From assembly GCA_951804945.1 (NCBI GenBank), contig OX638151.1, forward strand, positions 62,744,001 to 62,808,000: 64,000 bases of DNA, in the 5' to 3' direction. The translations under genes and the position numbers were made by a program. The stretch's first letter is position 1; each line of letters begins with the position of its first letter. This document shows, piece after piece, positions 1 through 12,799 of the stretch. The stretch is from Podarcis cretensis. Its lineage: Eukaryota. The notes beneath the pieces are model-generated. The model was not told the origin of the DNA, ran no database searches, and saw only the letters and a list, made by a program, of their open reading frames with translations.

Positions 1-327
1 GAAATTTCATTCCAAACCCAACTGAACTCGTGTTAGGGCATATAACTGTGCCTACCACAGAAAGTCAGTAGGTTTACTTAAATCCTGAAACAGTCATGAG
101 TTTACTCTAACTCCCATTCTATATCACCCCCTCCAAAGTTTAACATAGGAAACTGTGAGTTACATTTGAACATTATTATATCATGCAGTATAACATGGCA
201 TGAAGTTGCATTGGGTTGTATCCAACAAAACCATACTCAAAGTAGATCTATTGTCGTGTCCATTCATTCATTTGTAATCACATTCATTCATTTCTGTGGA
301 CTGACACACATCTAGAATGCACACACC

Positions 328-733
328 TGTCAATTTCAATTTCCCTGAGTTTCTTTTTTATTTTCATTATTGATTTCAGTTTGCCACATTTCCACAACAA
401 TTTGTTTGTTTTTTAAGTCATCCTCGAAAAACTTCAGCATTTTAGTGTTCCTTTTTCCCAATATACATATTTTTACAAGCAATTTTTACAATGCAATATT
501 TGTATGGTGTTTTCACAATTGTATGCATTTTTATCTATAGTGCCCCTAATATACACATCTTTGTACTATTCTTTTTGTTGTTGTTGTTGAAGAATTGAAT
601 TGCAAAATTCAGAGAAGTGTGAATTCCAAAGGTAGCTGCCCTTCAGTTCACTTATTGTTTCAGGAAAAAAGGAATCAAATCGGTTCATATTAAAATGCAA
701 ACTGAACCAAATTCGCCTCCCCCCCCCATCCCT
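328..733 (-). mobile_element. Old non-autonomous DNA-transposon-like dispersed repeat (same family as 6421-6835)
   Basis: Its reverse complement begins AGGGATGG and ends with a GAAATTGACAG block also seen at 6421-6835, ~35430-35592 and ~62560-62716. Confidence 0.55.
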
Positions 734-2520
734 GGTAGATTTAGCTGGATTCAGCCCAAGAGCATTAAAATCTAATCACACACACTCCCCATTTACCATG
801 TCTTAGTCAGCATGTTTCAGGGTCATATTAACAAAGAGAGAGAAAATGGTTATCTCTTAGGGACTGCTCTAAAAGACCCTGTGGCTATTTGAGAGCATGT
901 TTTCTTTCCCTGTTTGATGATAACTGTGAGAAAGGTCCTTGGTATAGAAACATTGATGATCAGAGATAGAATAATCCAAGGAGAAATTCACACGGAGGGA
1001 TTGGCTAAGAAGGGTTTTACACAAGGATTTGGGAGTTGGAGCAAGGCGTGGTTTTGCTTAAGGTTGTAGACAATAGATCATGCATGTAGAAACTGACGCT
1101 GCATAACAGCCAAGCTGGGGGAAGGGAAAAGTGGAATGGGAACTTAGGGAAAGGAGAGAGACGGAATCACACAGTGCTTTTCAGTACAGTGGGGGTCTCT
1201 ACTCACATTACTATACAAGGCAGTTACCAGAAACATTAAGCATAAGAGGTTCTGATGAAATACTTAGCATTTCTGTAATCTGTATGTTTGTTGAGAGATT
1301 TCCAGGATTTGTCTGTATGCTGGGTTCCCAGATGGGAAATAATGGTGTGTGATTGATGATACTTTATTGCATGTCTAGGCTTTTGCTAAAATTTTCATCA
1401 CTTGAGTCATGACAGAAGTGGAATTTGAAGTTTTATTGTACCATTTGTTGGGATACTTGTCTCCCTTTGTCTTTCCTGGGTAAACACACGTTACATTTAG
1501 GAACCAAAAGTGTATAGAGTCAAATGGCCCTCCAGGGGGGTGGACAACAAAACCTCTGCCAGATTCATTTTTATCTACCCTTACTAGATATCGAGAAAAA
1601 CAATTCTTAAGGAGAATGAACCATCCTGTAACTTACTCAGAAATTCTTGGCTACGCTTGCTGCTTTTCCTTCTTGAACAAACAGAATAATGTTTCCTAGC
1701 TGGCAGTTTTTATTTTTTTTAATTTTTTTAAAAAAATCCCATTTTTTGGCACGCTGTAGAAAAAACATACAGCTGTATTTCCAAAACATAGCGATTGAGT
1801 AATTCTTTCTGTAAAATGTACTGTGGAGACTGATTCTGCTTTCTGTAGATCTGACTTTCATTGTGTGGGACAGGTGTGGTTTAAATAATCGTTTTCTTGT
1901 CCATCTTCATAACAATTATTTGCTCATATCATGTCTAGAGTTAGGCAGCAGTCTTAGGCTATGTACACACTCCTATTTACTCTGACTCAAGTGCACTCCC
2001 ATGGCTGGTTTGGGAAGCAGTACAGACAATCTCCAGTTGGTGCGGGGGTTTTATTCCAGGTCATCACGTGCAAAAACAGAGTGTGCATAAACCCACTATG
2101 CCCCGTTTTGCCCCATCACAGCCCTGCCCTGCCCTGCCCTGCTCCCATTCCTCCCTGATCTTACCCCATTCCAACCCCTTTACCAGCCACTTCTGGGTCA
2201 CCACCATGCACACATCTGCAGTTGCACATAATTGGACGTGCGTCAATCGGTCGTTGTCTGTATAGACACAACATTAGCCACAATCCATATATATCCTGCA
2301 TTTACTCTGTCATTTCTTAGGAAATACTGCATTTCGATGTATCCCTGCCCCCCGCCAGCTCCAATCCACACTGAAAAAAAGAATGACGTAGCTTCATTTT
2401 AAGCTGGTAACATATACACAGACCTTATATGGGATTTACTTCTGAATAGATAGGCTTGTAGTGCAGGTTTTTTTTCTAATTTAGTATTTATTTTTATATT
2501 ACAGAATTTGTAAACCCCTG

Positions 2521-2526
<6 letters not shown>

Positions 2527-2558
<32 letters not shown>
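2527..2558. repeat. (AT)n microsatellite
   Basis: Direct AT run. Confidence 0.95.
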
Positions 2559-2561
<3 letters not shown>

Positions 2562-3335
2562 AGCAATTTACATTAAATATGCATTAAAATTATCAACAAT
2601 CTTTCCACATGCATACAATGTACAGCTTATTCATTTGATAAGAATACATTGCATAAAAATAGAGGCTCTGGCTAGGGATGCTTCCAGACGATTGTTTATT
2701 GTGGAATCAGTGCTTCCCAGGCATGCACTGTTTTTGTTGGGTTTTTTGTTTTGTTTTTGCAACATTCACATGTTGTTGTTAGCCTCAAAATGCCAGCCTG
2801 TGTTTTGTTTTTCCTTTCTTGGGCAAAACTGGTAAATCTAATTCTTGTGAAGGGCCCATTGCAATATGTCAAAGGCCCATTTGCAAATTAAGGCTCTGTC
2901 TAGAAGCATCCTGTGTCCTGAATCTGGATGTATAAAAATCAGGTTCAAATTCCCACTCATCTATGGAGTTCACTGCTTTTGCAAGTTAATGTATGGCCAG
3001 ATTCACACCATACATGGAAAGCACTGTTTTGCCACTTTAGTGTCTTCCAAAGGATCCTGGGAACTGTAGTTTGTTAGGAGAACTGTATTCCCCTTGCAGT
3101 GCTACAGTTTCCAGAGATCCTTGGGAAGAGCGATTGGTTGCTAAACCACTTGGGAAAGCACTGAGCAGCTCTGTAAATTTGATTTATCTCCATATAGTGT
3201 AAATTTTGAAAATTGTGCTGCACATTTTTACTCTAGTGATGTTGGGGCTCTCAGGGCAGAGGAGTAGGAGATGGCTTCCTGTAGGCAACTGGTTGGCCAC
3301 TGTCAAAACAAAATGCTTGTTAGGTCTTTATGCTG

Positions 3336-3559
3336 ATCCCTAAACGGCCTCGGCCCAGTATACCTGAAAGAGAGTCTCCACCCCCATCGTTCAGTCCAGA
3401 CACTTAGGTTCAGCTCTGAGGGCCTTCTGGCGGTTCCCTCACTGTGAGAAATGAAGTTACAGGGAACCAGGCAGAGGACCTTCTCGGTAGTGGCGCCCAC
3501 CCTGTGGAGCACCCTCCCACCAGATGTCCAGGAAATAAATAACTACCTGACTTTTAGCA

Positions 3560-3603
<44 letters not shown>

Positions 3604-3812
3604 TTATTATTTATACCCCGCCCATCTGGCTGGGCCTCCCCAGCCACTCTGGGCGGCTTCCATAAAAACCAAAAATACAGCAGGCATCTGAAGGCAGCTC
3701 TGTTTAGAGAATTTTTTCCTGTTTGCTGTTTTATCATGTTTTTAATATCCTATTGGAACCTGCCCAGAGTGGCTGGGGAGGCCCAGCCAGATGGGCAGGG
3801 TTTAAGTAATAA
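3336..3812 (+). mobile_element. L2-clade LINE 3' fragment
   Basis: Translates to the ORF2 C-terminus (QGTRQRTFSVVAPTLWSTLP). 3' end CAGAGTGGCTGGGG...GATGGGC. Homologous to 41450-41810. Confidence 0.85.
3561..3678 (-). mobile_element. Very short L2 3' end with (TTA)n tail, inserted antisense inside the L2 fragment
   Basis: (AAT)n at 3561-3603 is followed by the reverse complement of the L2 3' terminus. Apparent TSD AGCAG at 3556-3560 and 3679-3683. Confidence 0.75.
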
Positions 3813-4087
3813 TTAGTTGTTGTTATTGTTGTTGTTGCCCAGCAGGGTTGTCCTTGTGTTCTTATGCACAGAGAAAGTAAGTCATGAATATCAGTGGCAG
3901 AAAAGGAGCACCAACTTGGTCATCACTTTGTGCCACCTGAGAGAAGGGCCATGGCTCAGTGATCGATCACAAACTTTGAAGGCAAAGAAAGGTCCCAGGT
4001 TCAATCCTGGGCATCTCCTAGTAGATCTAGGAGGGACTTCTGTATGATACCCTGGAAAGCTGCTACCAGTCAAGGTTGACAATACAG

Positions 4088-4404
4088 AAGAAGAAGAAGA
4101 AGAAGAAGAAGAAGAAGAAGAAGAAGAGGAGGAGGAGGAGGAGGAGGAGGAGGAGGAGGAGGAGGAGGAGGAGGGATTTGATATCCTGCTTTATCACCCA
4201 AAGGAGTCTCAAAGCGGCTAACATTCTCCTTTCCCTTCCTCCCCCACAACAAACACTCTGTGAGGTGAGTGGGGCTGAGAGACTTCAGAGAAGTAAGACT
4301 GGCCCAAGGTCACCCAGCAGCTGCATGTGGAGCAGCAGAGACGCGAACCCGGTTCTCCAGATTACGAGTCTATTGCTCTTAACCACTACACCACACTGGC
4401 TCTC
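4088..4404 (-). mobile_element. Squam3-type tRNA-derived SINE with (CTC)n(TTC)n tail
   Basis: Minus strand starts GAGAGCCAGTGTGGTGTAGTGGTTAAGAGC (A box), has a GGTTCGCGTCTC B-box-like motif and a CORE-like GCTGGGTGACCTTGGGC. TSD TACAG at 4083-4087 and 4405-4409. Confidence 0.85.
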
Positions 4405-4406
4405 TA

Positions 4407-4650
4407 CAGTTACACCTTGAGTTACAGATGCTTCAGGTTGCGTTTTTTCAGGTTACGGACCACCGAAACCCGGAAGTATCGGAATGGGTTACTTCTGGGT
4501 TTCAGCGGTCGTGCATGCGCAGAAGTGCTAAATTGCGCTTTGCGCATGTGCAGAAGCACAGAATCACAACCCGTACGTGTGCAGACGCACTGCTGCAGGT
4601 TGCGAACATGCATCCCGCACGGATCAAGTTCGCGACCCAAGCGTCCACTG
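4407..4650. mobile_element. Tc1/mariner (Tigger-like) MITE
   Basis: TA-CAGT...CACTG-TA termini with imperfect TIRs and internal CAGGTTGCG/CAGGTTACG repeats. Confidence 0.8.
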
Positions 4651-6420
4651 TACTGGGCTAGATGAACAAATAGCAAAATGGTTCTCCCATTGGGTCCCCC
4701 TCCCCCTGCCTTGAGTTCATGTTTTCCTCTCTCTTTGCATTCCATACATTTTTTATTTTTTAAAAAAAATATCATTTTCTGTCAGAGTACGAAGACTTGA
4801 GAGGGCGAAGAATTTCCAAAACATGTACAGCTGGTGGTTGAAGCTTTCGAGTGAGAAATGTAATATTGGCCAGGCCCTGTAGTGACTGTCAGAGCTAATG
4901 CCTCTGAACCTTGGAGGGACCGAAAGCAAACACCAGCCTGTTGCCATTAAACTCCAGCTATGATCCCAGGGAGTATGCAGAGGGTTAAAAGGCTTTAAGA
5001 AAAAGAGCAGGTTCTTTGTTACCTTTGACACACAAACATCCCAGGCAAGCTACCGTTTTGTTTATCCCACTGCAAACCTTAGGACAAGCTGCTTACCTTC
5101 CATGACATGACCTTTCCGCCGAATATATCCTTTCAAACATTTGAATTCAGCGAAGTAGAATTAAAATCATTGACCTTTCATTCTTCCCTAATCCACTCCC
5201 TTCTACAGACTTTGCTTTTAATAACCAAAAAAAACCCCACATCTCTCTCTGTCTCTAATGCCCTGCTGTCAGTAGTGCAGAAAGCAACCCCATGTTTGTG
5301 AGAGACGCCAGCCAAATCAGCACCAGAGAACTTATTGCAAGCGTTCGGACTTAATCTGCGAATTATATTAGGACTTTCTATTGCCTGTATTTCTGCTTGT
5401 TGAGCTTGTTTGAGGGTGGTTTTGTTTTCTAAGCCTTTTGTAACCAGCATGCGGGGAGGGCGGGGGAGAAGAAACAGCTACACAGGAATGTCTTTCTCCA
5501 TGGGGAGGGGGGGAGTCTAATACATAAACACACACAACAGAATAGTTCCTGTTCTGGTCACTGAACTAAAAAGGGATCCGTTTCTTAGAAGTATCAAATA
5601 ACTCTGCCAAACAAATGGTAACAGAAAAGGCAGAGTTTACTGGAAGAGCTAGATCACTCATTAAAAGAGAGGATTTTGAGGGTGCTCAGTTTATCTCTCA
5701 GTGGAGCCACCCAGACCAATATATTTTTATTGCTCTTCTGCTGCTTGTGTTGTCAGCTTTTCAGTAGAAGATCCTAAACGACAGCATTTTTTAAAAAACT
5801 TAAAATTTAGTTTAATGACAGAAGGGGATTTGGGGTGGCACCTATCCTTTCAGGTTGCCCTTTAGGGCTTATGGCACCAATCAACTGTCCCACTGTATCA
5901 TTTCCCACCCCGCAGAGTCAAAGACACAGAGGATGCTACACGATGGCAAAAGGCAGAGTTCTGTATTCCTCGGAAACGTGCTGCATTGCAGGACCCAGCT
6001 TTTTATTTTTGGCAGCAGTTGCTGGAGCAAATTATACAGCTCATCAGATGTGGTTTGTTAGCTGCAGTAAATAAACCAGTGCAAAGACTTGTTTTTCTTG
6101 TTTATATTCGGTTACTAGTTTGACTGAAATCGGATTTCGGAGCTAGGGTTGTTGTTTAATATGGAACAAGATCTGAAATGAAGACACCCCAGGTTCTTAG
6201 AAAGAAAGAAAAACTCCCAAAATGATTTCCCCCAAAGTTTGTTGTTGTTGTTTTAATGAAGAGCTGGTTTACTGACCATGAACAAAACTTCAGGAAATTC
6301 CAAAGCCCACATGGATATTCAGAGACTTGCAGGTGGCATATAGACATTCATAGAAACAAAAGTGGGTTCAGGAGATTGTCTACAAAGTGAGCCTTGCTTC
6401 TCCCTTTCTCCTCTGTACTG

Positions 6421-6835
6421 TAAGGATGGTGATGGAATTTGAATCACTTCATGCTTAAAGGTGAACCTACATAACTTGCACTTTCCAAAACAATGCACAA
6501 ACCCAAACACACCCATCCTTCTCTGAATGGTGCAAAGTAGTTCTTCAACCAAGTATGTATATGCTGGGGTAAAGTGTCCACACAAATGCACTTCATGAAA
6601 AAAAAACCATTTAAAAATGCATTGCTTTACTGGAAACTGCTGTGCAAAAAGTGTTTCAATTCAGCGAAATTATATACAAGCATATGTATGTTAGGAGAAA
6701 TTTGCACCAAAATGCTAATTAATTTTCATGAGGGTCTTTTTTTAAAAAAAATTACAAACTGGTGTAGACTGAATGTGAGACTGAAAAAATGAGAAACTGA
6801 CTGAAACTGAAATTGACAGATTTGCCCGCCCCTAG
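6421..6835 (+). mobile_element. Old non-autonomous DNA-transposon-like dispersed repeat
   Basis: TAAGGATGG...GAAATTGACAGATTTGCCCGCCCCTAG; homologous to 328-733. Confidence 0.55.
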
Positions 6836-7321
6836 TACTGACACTAGAGTGGAAGGTAGAGAAAAAAGTGGTCTCCTCATTTTGATATGGGTGGAATTGT
6901 TTCTCAAGTTCTTCCCATGACTACCTAATTAAAAGTTTCTGACTTTATTTTAGAAAAATATTTTTTTCATTAATTCTCCCCCTTGAATTTTCTAATCAGC
7001 TCAGGAAGTGAGAGAATTTGCTTTGTCATTGGCACACAGGCCAGCTAGTCCTCACATCTTGTTGTGACTGAGATGAGTGCAATCCCCAGCAGACTCACCA
7101 CTGAATTTTCACACTTCTGCACACAGCTGCATTACAATAGGGTTGGTGTATGCAGATAAGCTCCAATGCAAGCAGAATACTAAGAGCAGACCTGATTCCT
7201 GGCATTATTTTAATACTGGCATTGCTCAGAATGAGCTAAGTTTATTTGAAAACTGAGCCAAAATTCAGAGGAAGGAGACTTTTTGTGGGAAGGAGCCATA
7301 GTTCTGGGGTAGAGCATCAAG

Positions 7322-7363
<42 letters not shown>
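7322..7363. repeat. (ATT)n microsatellite
   Basis: Direct trinucleotide run. Confidence 0.95.
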
Positions 7364-7570
7364 TATATTTTTTTCATCATAATAGTTCCTCAAAAATGTA
7401 GATTCCTGAATTTCAGGACAGCCTTCCTCAAGACTTCTCGATGTCTTGTATGCCAGCTTCAGTCATCCCTGATTTTTGGCTATGGTTGCTGGGCTGACAT
7501 AGTGGGAGAATTTATTTTCACCACTATGACCCAGCAGCAAAAACCTCCCCACATAAAAAAATAAAATAAA

Positions 7571-8044
7571 CCTTCATGGCCTAGGACCCTCGTACCTACG
7601 GGACCGCCTCTCCCGGTATGCCCCACGGAGAGCCTCAAGGTCCATAAATAGCAACACCCTAGTGGTCCCAGGCCCTAAGGAAGTTAGATTAGCTTCAACC
7701 AGAGCCAGGGCCTTTTCAACACTGGCTCCAGCCTGGTGGAACACTCTGCTTCATGAGACCAGGGCCCTGCAGGATCTGATTTTTTTCCGTAGGGTCTGTA
7801 AGACAGAGTTGTTCCGCCTGGCCTTTGGCTTGGAGCCAATTTGATTCCCTTCCCTCCCCCTCTTTCTTTTTTCTTTTTCCTTTCTCCTCCTGTGATGAGG
7901 CTGCATTTTAATATTTTAATGTTTCAATATTTTAATGTTGTATTTTAATCTTGTTTTCAAGTTGTATTCATTCAACTTGTTTTTATTATTGCTTGTTAGC
8001 CGCCCTGAGCCCGGCCTTGGCTGGGGAGGGCGGGGTATAAATAA

Positions 8045-8091
<47 letters not shown>
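7571..8091 (+). mobile_element. L2 LINE 3' fragment with (TTA)n tail
   Basis: ORF 7662-7844 (EVRLASTRARAFS...CKTELF) matches the C-terminus of the 12978-14081 RT ORF. 3' end AGCCGCCCTGAGCCCGG...GGGAGGGCGGG followed by (TTA)n. Confidence 0.9.
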
Positions 8092-8092
<1 letters not shown>

Positions 8093-8097
8093 GGCAC

Positions 8098-8430
8098 AGT
8101 GTAGCTCTGTAGTAGAGTATGTCCTTTGCATTCAGAACATCCCAGGTTCAAGTCATGGCATCACCAGTTAGAGCTGAAACCCTGGAGAGGTGCTGCCAAA
8201 TAGACTACTGGTCTTCAACTGGTGGATTGGGACCCACTGGTGTGTCATGGCCTGCCCCAAGGTAGACTACAACAAGAGCACTGCCACCATGCAAATCTGT
8301 GATAGAAGATTAGCAAATGGGTCCCCAAATGCATGTTTGTGTTAAAGGTACTTCCTGCATCTGAAAAAGTGGAAGATACTTTGAGGAAGGCCAGTAGTCT
8401 GCTTCAGTATAAGGCAGCTTCTTATGTTCA
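8098..8430 (+). mobile_element. Degraded tRNA-derived SINE (Squam2-like), apparently interrupted
   Basis: Head GTAGCTCTGTAGTAGAG...CCAGGTTCAAGTC; tail CAGTATAAGGCAGCTTCTTATGTTC. Confidence 0.45.
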
Positions 8431-11400
8431 CAATATACACAGCTCAGCTCAAGCATTCCTCATCTACCTGTATGTAAACGCACAGAGGGAGAGGTTTCCA
8501 GTGACCTTGCCTCCTGAAGCATTTAATTCACACAACATCTGAAACATCGATTAACATTTGGCAGGCACCCTTGCTATACCATGTTTTACACATACCAAAA
8601 CCCTTTAGAAACCTTATCCAGACACAAGATTTAATTTTCTATCCATATTTTTAGCACTTGCTGATTTCAGGTGTATTATATTGCGAATTGTTATACTATT
8701 TTATGTACACTCTTAGAACTGTGGTGGTTTTTTTTCTAAGCCATGTATGATTTTTTTTCTAAATATGTAAATAAATATGAAATGGGATTGAAGTCTGTAC
8801 AGCTCAGAATTTTTCATTTTAAGCATGTTGCACTGCAGCAAGGAAACATGTCCAGAAAGAAAGAAAAATCAACATTATTATATGGCTATGTATTCAGGGG
8901 ACATTATTAACACACTTGTCTTTTCCAGTACATCTATTATTTTAATTCAAAATGTTATGGAATAAGAGCTTCTGTCCAAATTTAAGGCTGGCAGAATTGC
9001 CCATTAAAATGACAAGCTAAGAAAGGCGATATAAGACCCTCCCCACCCCGCTTCTCCTCCTTACTGGCCATTGTGTGAATAGAAATAGTCTCCTACTGTA
9101 ATGTACAGAATCTCCCAGATCACGCTGCACTTTTCAGCTAGAATAAGATTCTGCAATGGCACCCTGTTCATTTAGTTGGCAGTTTATTTTTAGGCACCAA
9201 GCGCTATCACTAGACTCTTTAATTCCTTGTGCAATTGTTGAAATATTTATTTCTTACTTCAAGTTTAAGGGCAGTCCTTCCCTTTACCCATCTCTTTCAG
9301 ATGTGGTGTTAAAGCTTTGTTTTGTTTTCTTTCTTTTAATGCAATAATCATCATCATCTTATTTACTGGTCAGTGCTGGTCCCCTTCTTGCATGCATGCC
9401 TACCATTCTATGGAAGCCACTTCTCCATGGTGCTACCACAGAACACTGTGGCACTTCAACCATGGAGGTAGGGCTAAATTTTCTCACTTTATCCTCACCC
9501 TTGTAACTACAGTATACACAAACAGACTGCAGCGATGTAAGGTAGCACCATGGAGAATCATGCTGTATTAACCATGGAGAGTGAATTCAGTGTGAATGCT
9601 CATCATTTGCCAAGATATATACTCTTTGCAATGTAATTTTAAGGATCCGTCCACCAGGCCAGAACCTTATCTCACTCATCACATCTTTGGAGTAAGGAAC
9701 TCCCCAGGGCAGACAATCACAGTGGGGCTTCCAGGCAGCGTCAATCAGCTGACTGACATTATCAGTGAGCCTGGTTTGCCAGGGAACAAAGCACAGAACC
9801 ATTTAAGCACACAGCATATGATGTCAGGTGTGGGGCGGGTGTAGCTTGGGGAAAATGAGGACCCCAGCAAGGTCTAATTAGGCCCACAGGCTGACACAGA
9901 TGGTTCTGTTGCTAAAAGGAATAGTTAATGAAATGAATTTAGAACTTACAATGGCATTATTAATAGCGACAAGAATTGTAACAGTAGGTCAGTGATCATT
10001 TCCCATTTGACCCGATATAATGCAATAGTGACTCAAAATCTGGAAGATAGTCTTTTTGACTAAGTTAACATATTATAAAAAATGTAAAGAAGGAGAAGCA
10101 GTTAGTAAATTTATTGGAAGGTGTAGTTTGCTTATAAATTATTAAAAATTGAAATTTCAAGTTAACATTCAACTGGATGTTTTGTTTAAATTAATTTCCA
10201 AAGTGCTGAAGATTTCCTGATGCTTTTTTGGTCTCTTTTCTCACTTATTTAACATTCTGGTTAATAAGCATAATATTGTGCCAACATATATGGAATGATT
10301 ATTTCAAAGCACTTTTTTTTAAAGGCTCTTTTGATAAAATCCCTTGTCCTCAGGTAGATACAAGAAGAAAGCTGATACAGCCATTGTAAAAAAAAAAACT
10401 GGCAAAAAAAGAATTCAGTGTCATTATGGTGGTCATAGGAAAAGCAATTTATCCAGGCACACTTGCATAAGCAAGTATTGTACCAAAGACTATATAAAAA
10501 TTGAGAATCTGTGGCCACCAACCTAGACAGGCTCCTCACTGGTCTTTGGTTTCATCTGAATCCCAGGCTCACTTCTGGAGATGCCAAGTCAAACAATACT
10601 TATAAAAATGATGAGGCAGCAGCTTTGTTGAGGATGAAGAAGCTGGATGGAGAATCTTGACAGCCAAATAAAGCATTTCTATTGTTTTATGTGTTGTTCT
10701 AAAGATTTTATGACCAACCTATAGCCTCGAGTGCAAGAAATCTGACCATTCTGCTAGTTTTTCTGTTGGTGCAGGGTACCAATTTTGGACTGCAGTAGTT
10801 TATGTGTTATCATCAAAATGCTAAAGAAGACATACTCCTTAATTCCTGAGAGCACATCTCTTAAAGAAGCAAATTTCAATTGACCTAGGATAACTTCAAC
10901 GAATCACCATCCCGCACTCAAACATACTTCATGGGGTGCAGGGAGGCATGGGATACATCGAAGTGAACCAGTTTCAGCTGCTGTGAAAAATAGTTCATTT
11001 CAAATATTCTAAATAAATATTTATTGTAAGCATTCACATTGCACAACATGGGTTGGGTAATCGTATGCCAACTCCTGGTCTGAAGGGAGCATATGTATCC
11101 ATGCCATGCAATTAATTTAGGAAAGAAAATGTAATCCTCAGCTAAATTCCTCAAAGTAAGAATCTTTTTAATTATATGTATGTCCATACAAATAATAACT
11201 GTTACTGTCTCTTAATTTTTTATTCAAAATACAAGGCTCCCAAGAAGAGCTCTGGGAAAAGTGCATGAAGACATAAAAAGGGAAGAGGGGAGAAATAACT
11301 GATTCCGGCAGTTTTTAAATGTTAGATTTTGCACAGGGAGAAAAAGAGGGAGGGCAAGAAGTAGAGTGATTCACTTTAAGCTCTAATGACTATGCCTTAT

Positions 11401-12483
11401 GAGTACAGCTTTCCCCAATATGTATAATGCATGAGTGGCAAAATAGGTCAAACACTGGAGAAAAAAACATCCACATCTTTGAAATCATTAAGAATACAAT
11501 CGTTCCACTGCTTGGCTGCTTGCATAAGACTTCCAAAGCAAAGTCTATGAGAGATGTGAAGGATAATGAAAATTCTCGCTCTTGTGGCAGATTAGAGAGC
11601 TCCTGCCAATTTTGGTCCCTTTCCCGTTTTCAGTATACGAAGTGCTGTGGCCAGTGTTATCTAGAAAGTCTCCTTTGTGCGCAACAGGATCTGCTTTAGC
11701 CTTGTTTTGGGTAAATGAAACAGTCAAGTTCTTCAGCAATCTGTTAAGCCAACTATGCTCTTTGTAACATAGTCATAAACACCCTAATGGTGAATGCTAC
11801 TTTATAGAGCAGTGTTTGGGCAGTGAATGGTAACAACTGTGCTGCTTCTACAGAGGCAACACACACAGAAAGAGGGAGGGAGGGAAGCAGAGGGAGGGAA
11901 ACGTAATGGTAGACCTGTCATTTTTACAACTACAAAACCCAGTCAAATCAAGGCACGGGCCTGGGACTGGCTAGATCATTTCTTTTACTACCTTAAGTGT
12001 GGTGTTTTCCCCAGTTGCTGAGAAGCTTCTGAACCAAAGATGAATGACAGACCAATCCTACACATTCTTAATCAGGAGTGAGTTCCAGAAATAAATCAGT
12101 TTATTTGTTTATTATGTTTATATACTACCTATCCAATCAAGTTTGCAGAGTGGTTCACAGTTGTTGCAATTAGGATGCAATGGTTGGCAAATTATCACAA
12201 AAGCACTGCAGAGCACAGGGGGAAAAATCTTTCTTTACTATAATGTGATGGATATTTGGTCTGGACTACGCCATTGGGTTCTTACATAGCATTCAACAAA
12301 AGCCCTTCTGACTGCCTTCTGCTGCAGGAAGGGCTCATGAAGCACACTGCAATAGAGCATCCATTTGGCCCCAGATGCTGCTGTGGCAGCGTGCATCAAT
12401 GCCTTGCTCCCATGGTTCCCAACATCTGTAGATGCTTCTACACATTCTTATGGCATTATCCATAGGTTCCGGAAGGCCTGCTG

Positions 12484-12619
12484 CAAGCTTCCTCAACATC
12501 AGCCCTCCAGATGTTTTGAGACTACAATTCCTATCATCCCTGACCACTGGTCCTGCTAGCTAGGGATCATGGGAGTTGTCGGTCAAAAACATCTGGAGGG
12601 ACGGGGTTGAGGAAGCCTG
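12484..12619. mobile_element. hAT-superfamily MITE (136 bp, largely palindromic)
   Basis: TIRs CAAGCTTCCTCAAC / GTTGAGGAAGCCTG. 8-bp TSD GCCTGCTG (12476-12483) and GCCTACTG (12620-12627). Confidence 0.85.
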
Positions 12620-12755
12620 GCCTACTGCAATTCCTAATACCAGACCTAGCAATGTAGCGAGAATGGGCAATGGGAATAAGTTGCATCAGGCACTGTGGTG
12701 CCAGGGGTAGAACAGCTCTAACTAGCGTAATGCTGAGGTTTTAGAGATGAATCCT

Positions 12756-12756
12756 A

Positions 12757-12799
<43 letters not shown>

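Larger units (their letters stand above)
3945..4675 (+). mobile_element. Old tRNA-derived SINE (Squam2-like), interrupted by a MITE and a Squam3 SINE
   Basis: tRNA-like head GGGCCATGGCTCAGTG...GGTTCAATCC. The body ...GACAATA resumes as TACTGGGCTAGATG after 4650. Confidence 0.6.

Noticed and set aside
3451-3816. ORFs with poly-N or poly-L tracts (also 7916-8171 and 30182-30394)
   Set aside because: Artefacts of (AAT)n arrays and LINE remnants.
4076-4420. Poly-K/poly-R ORF and its antisense poly-P/poly-L ORF
   Set aside because: Translation of the SINE-tail (GAA)n(GAG)n microsatellite.
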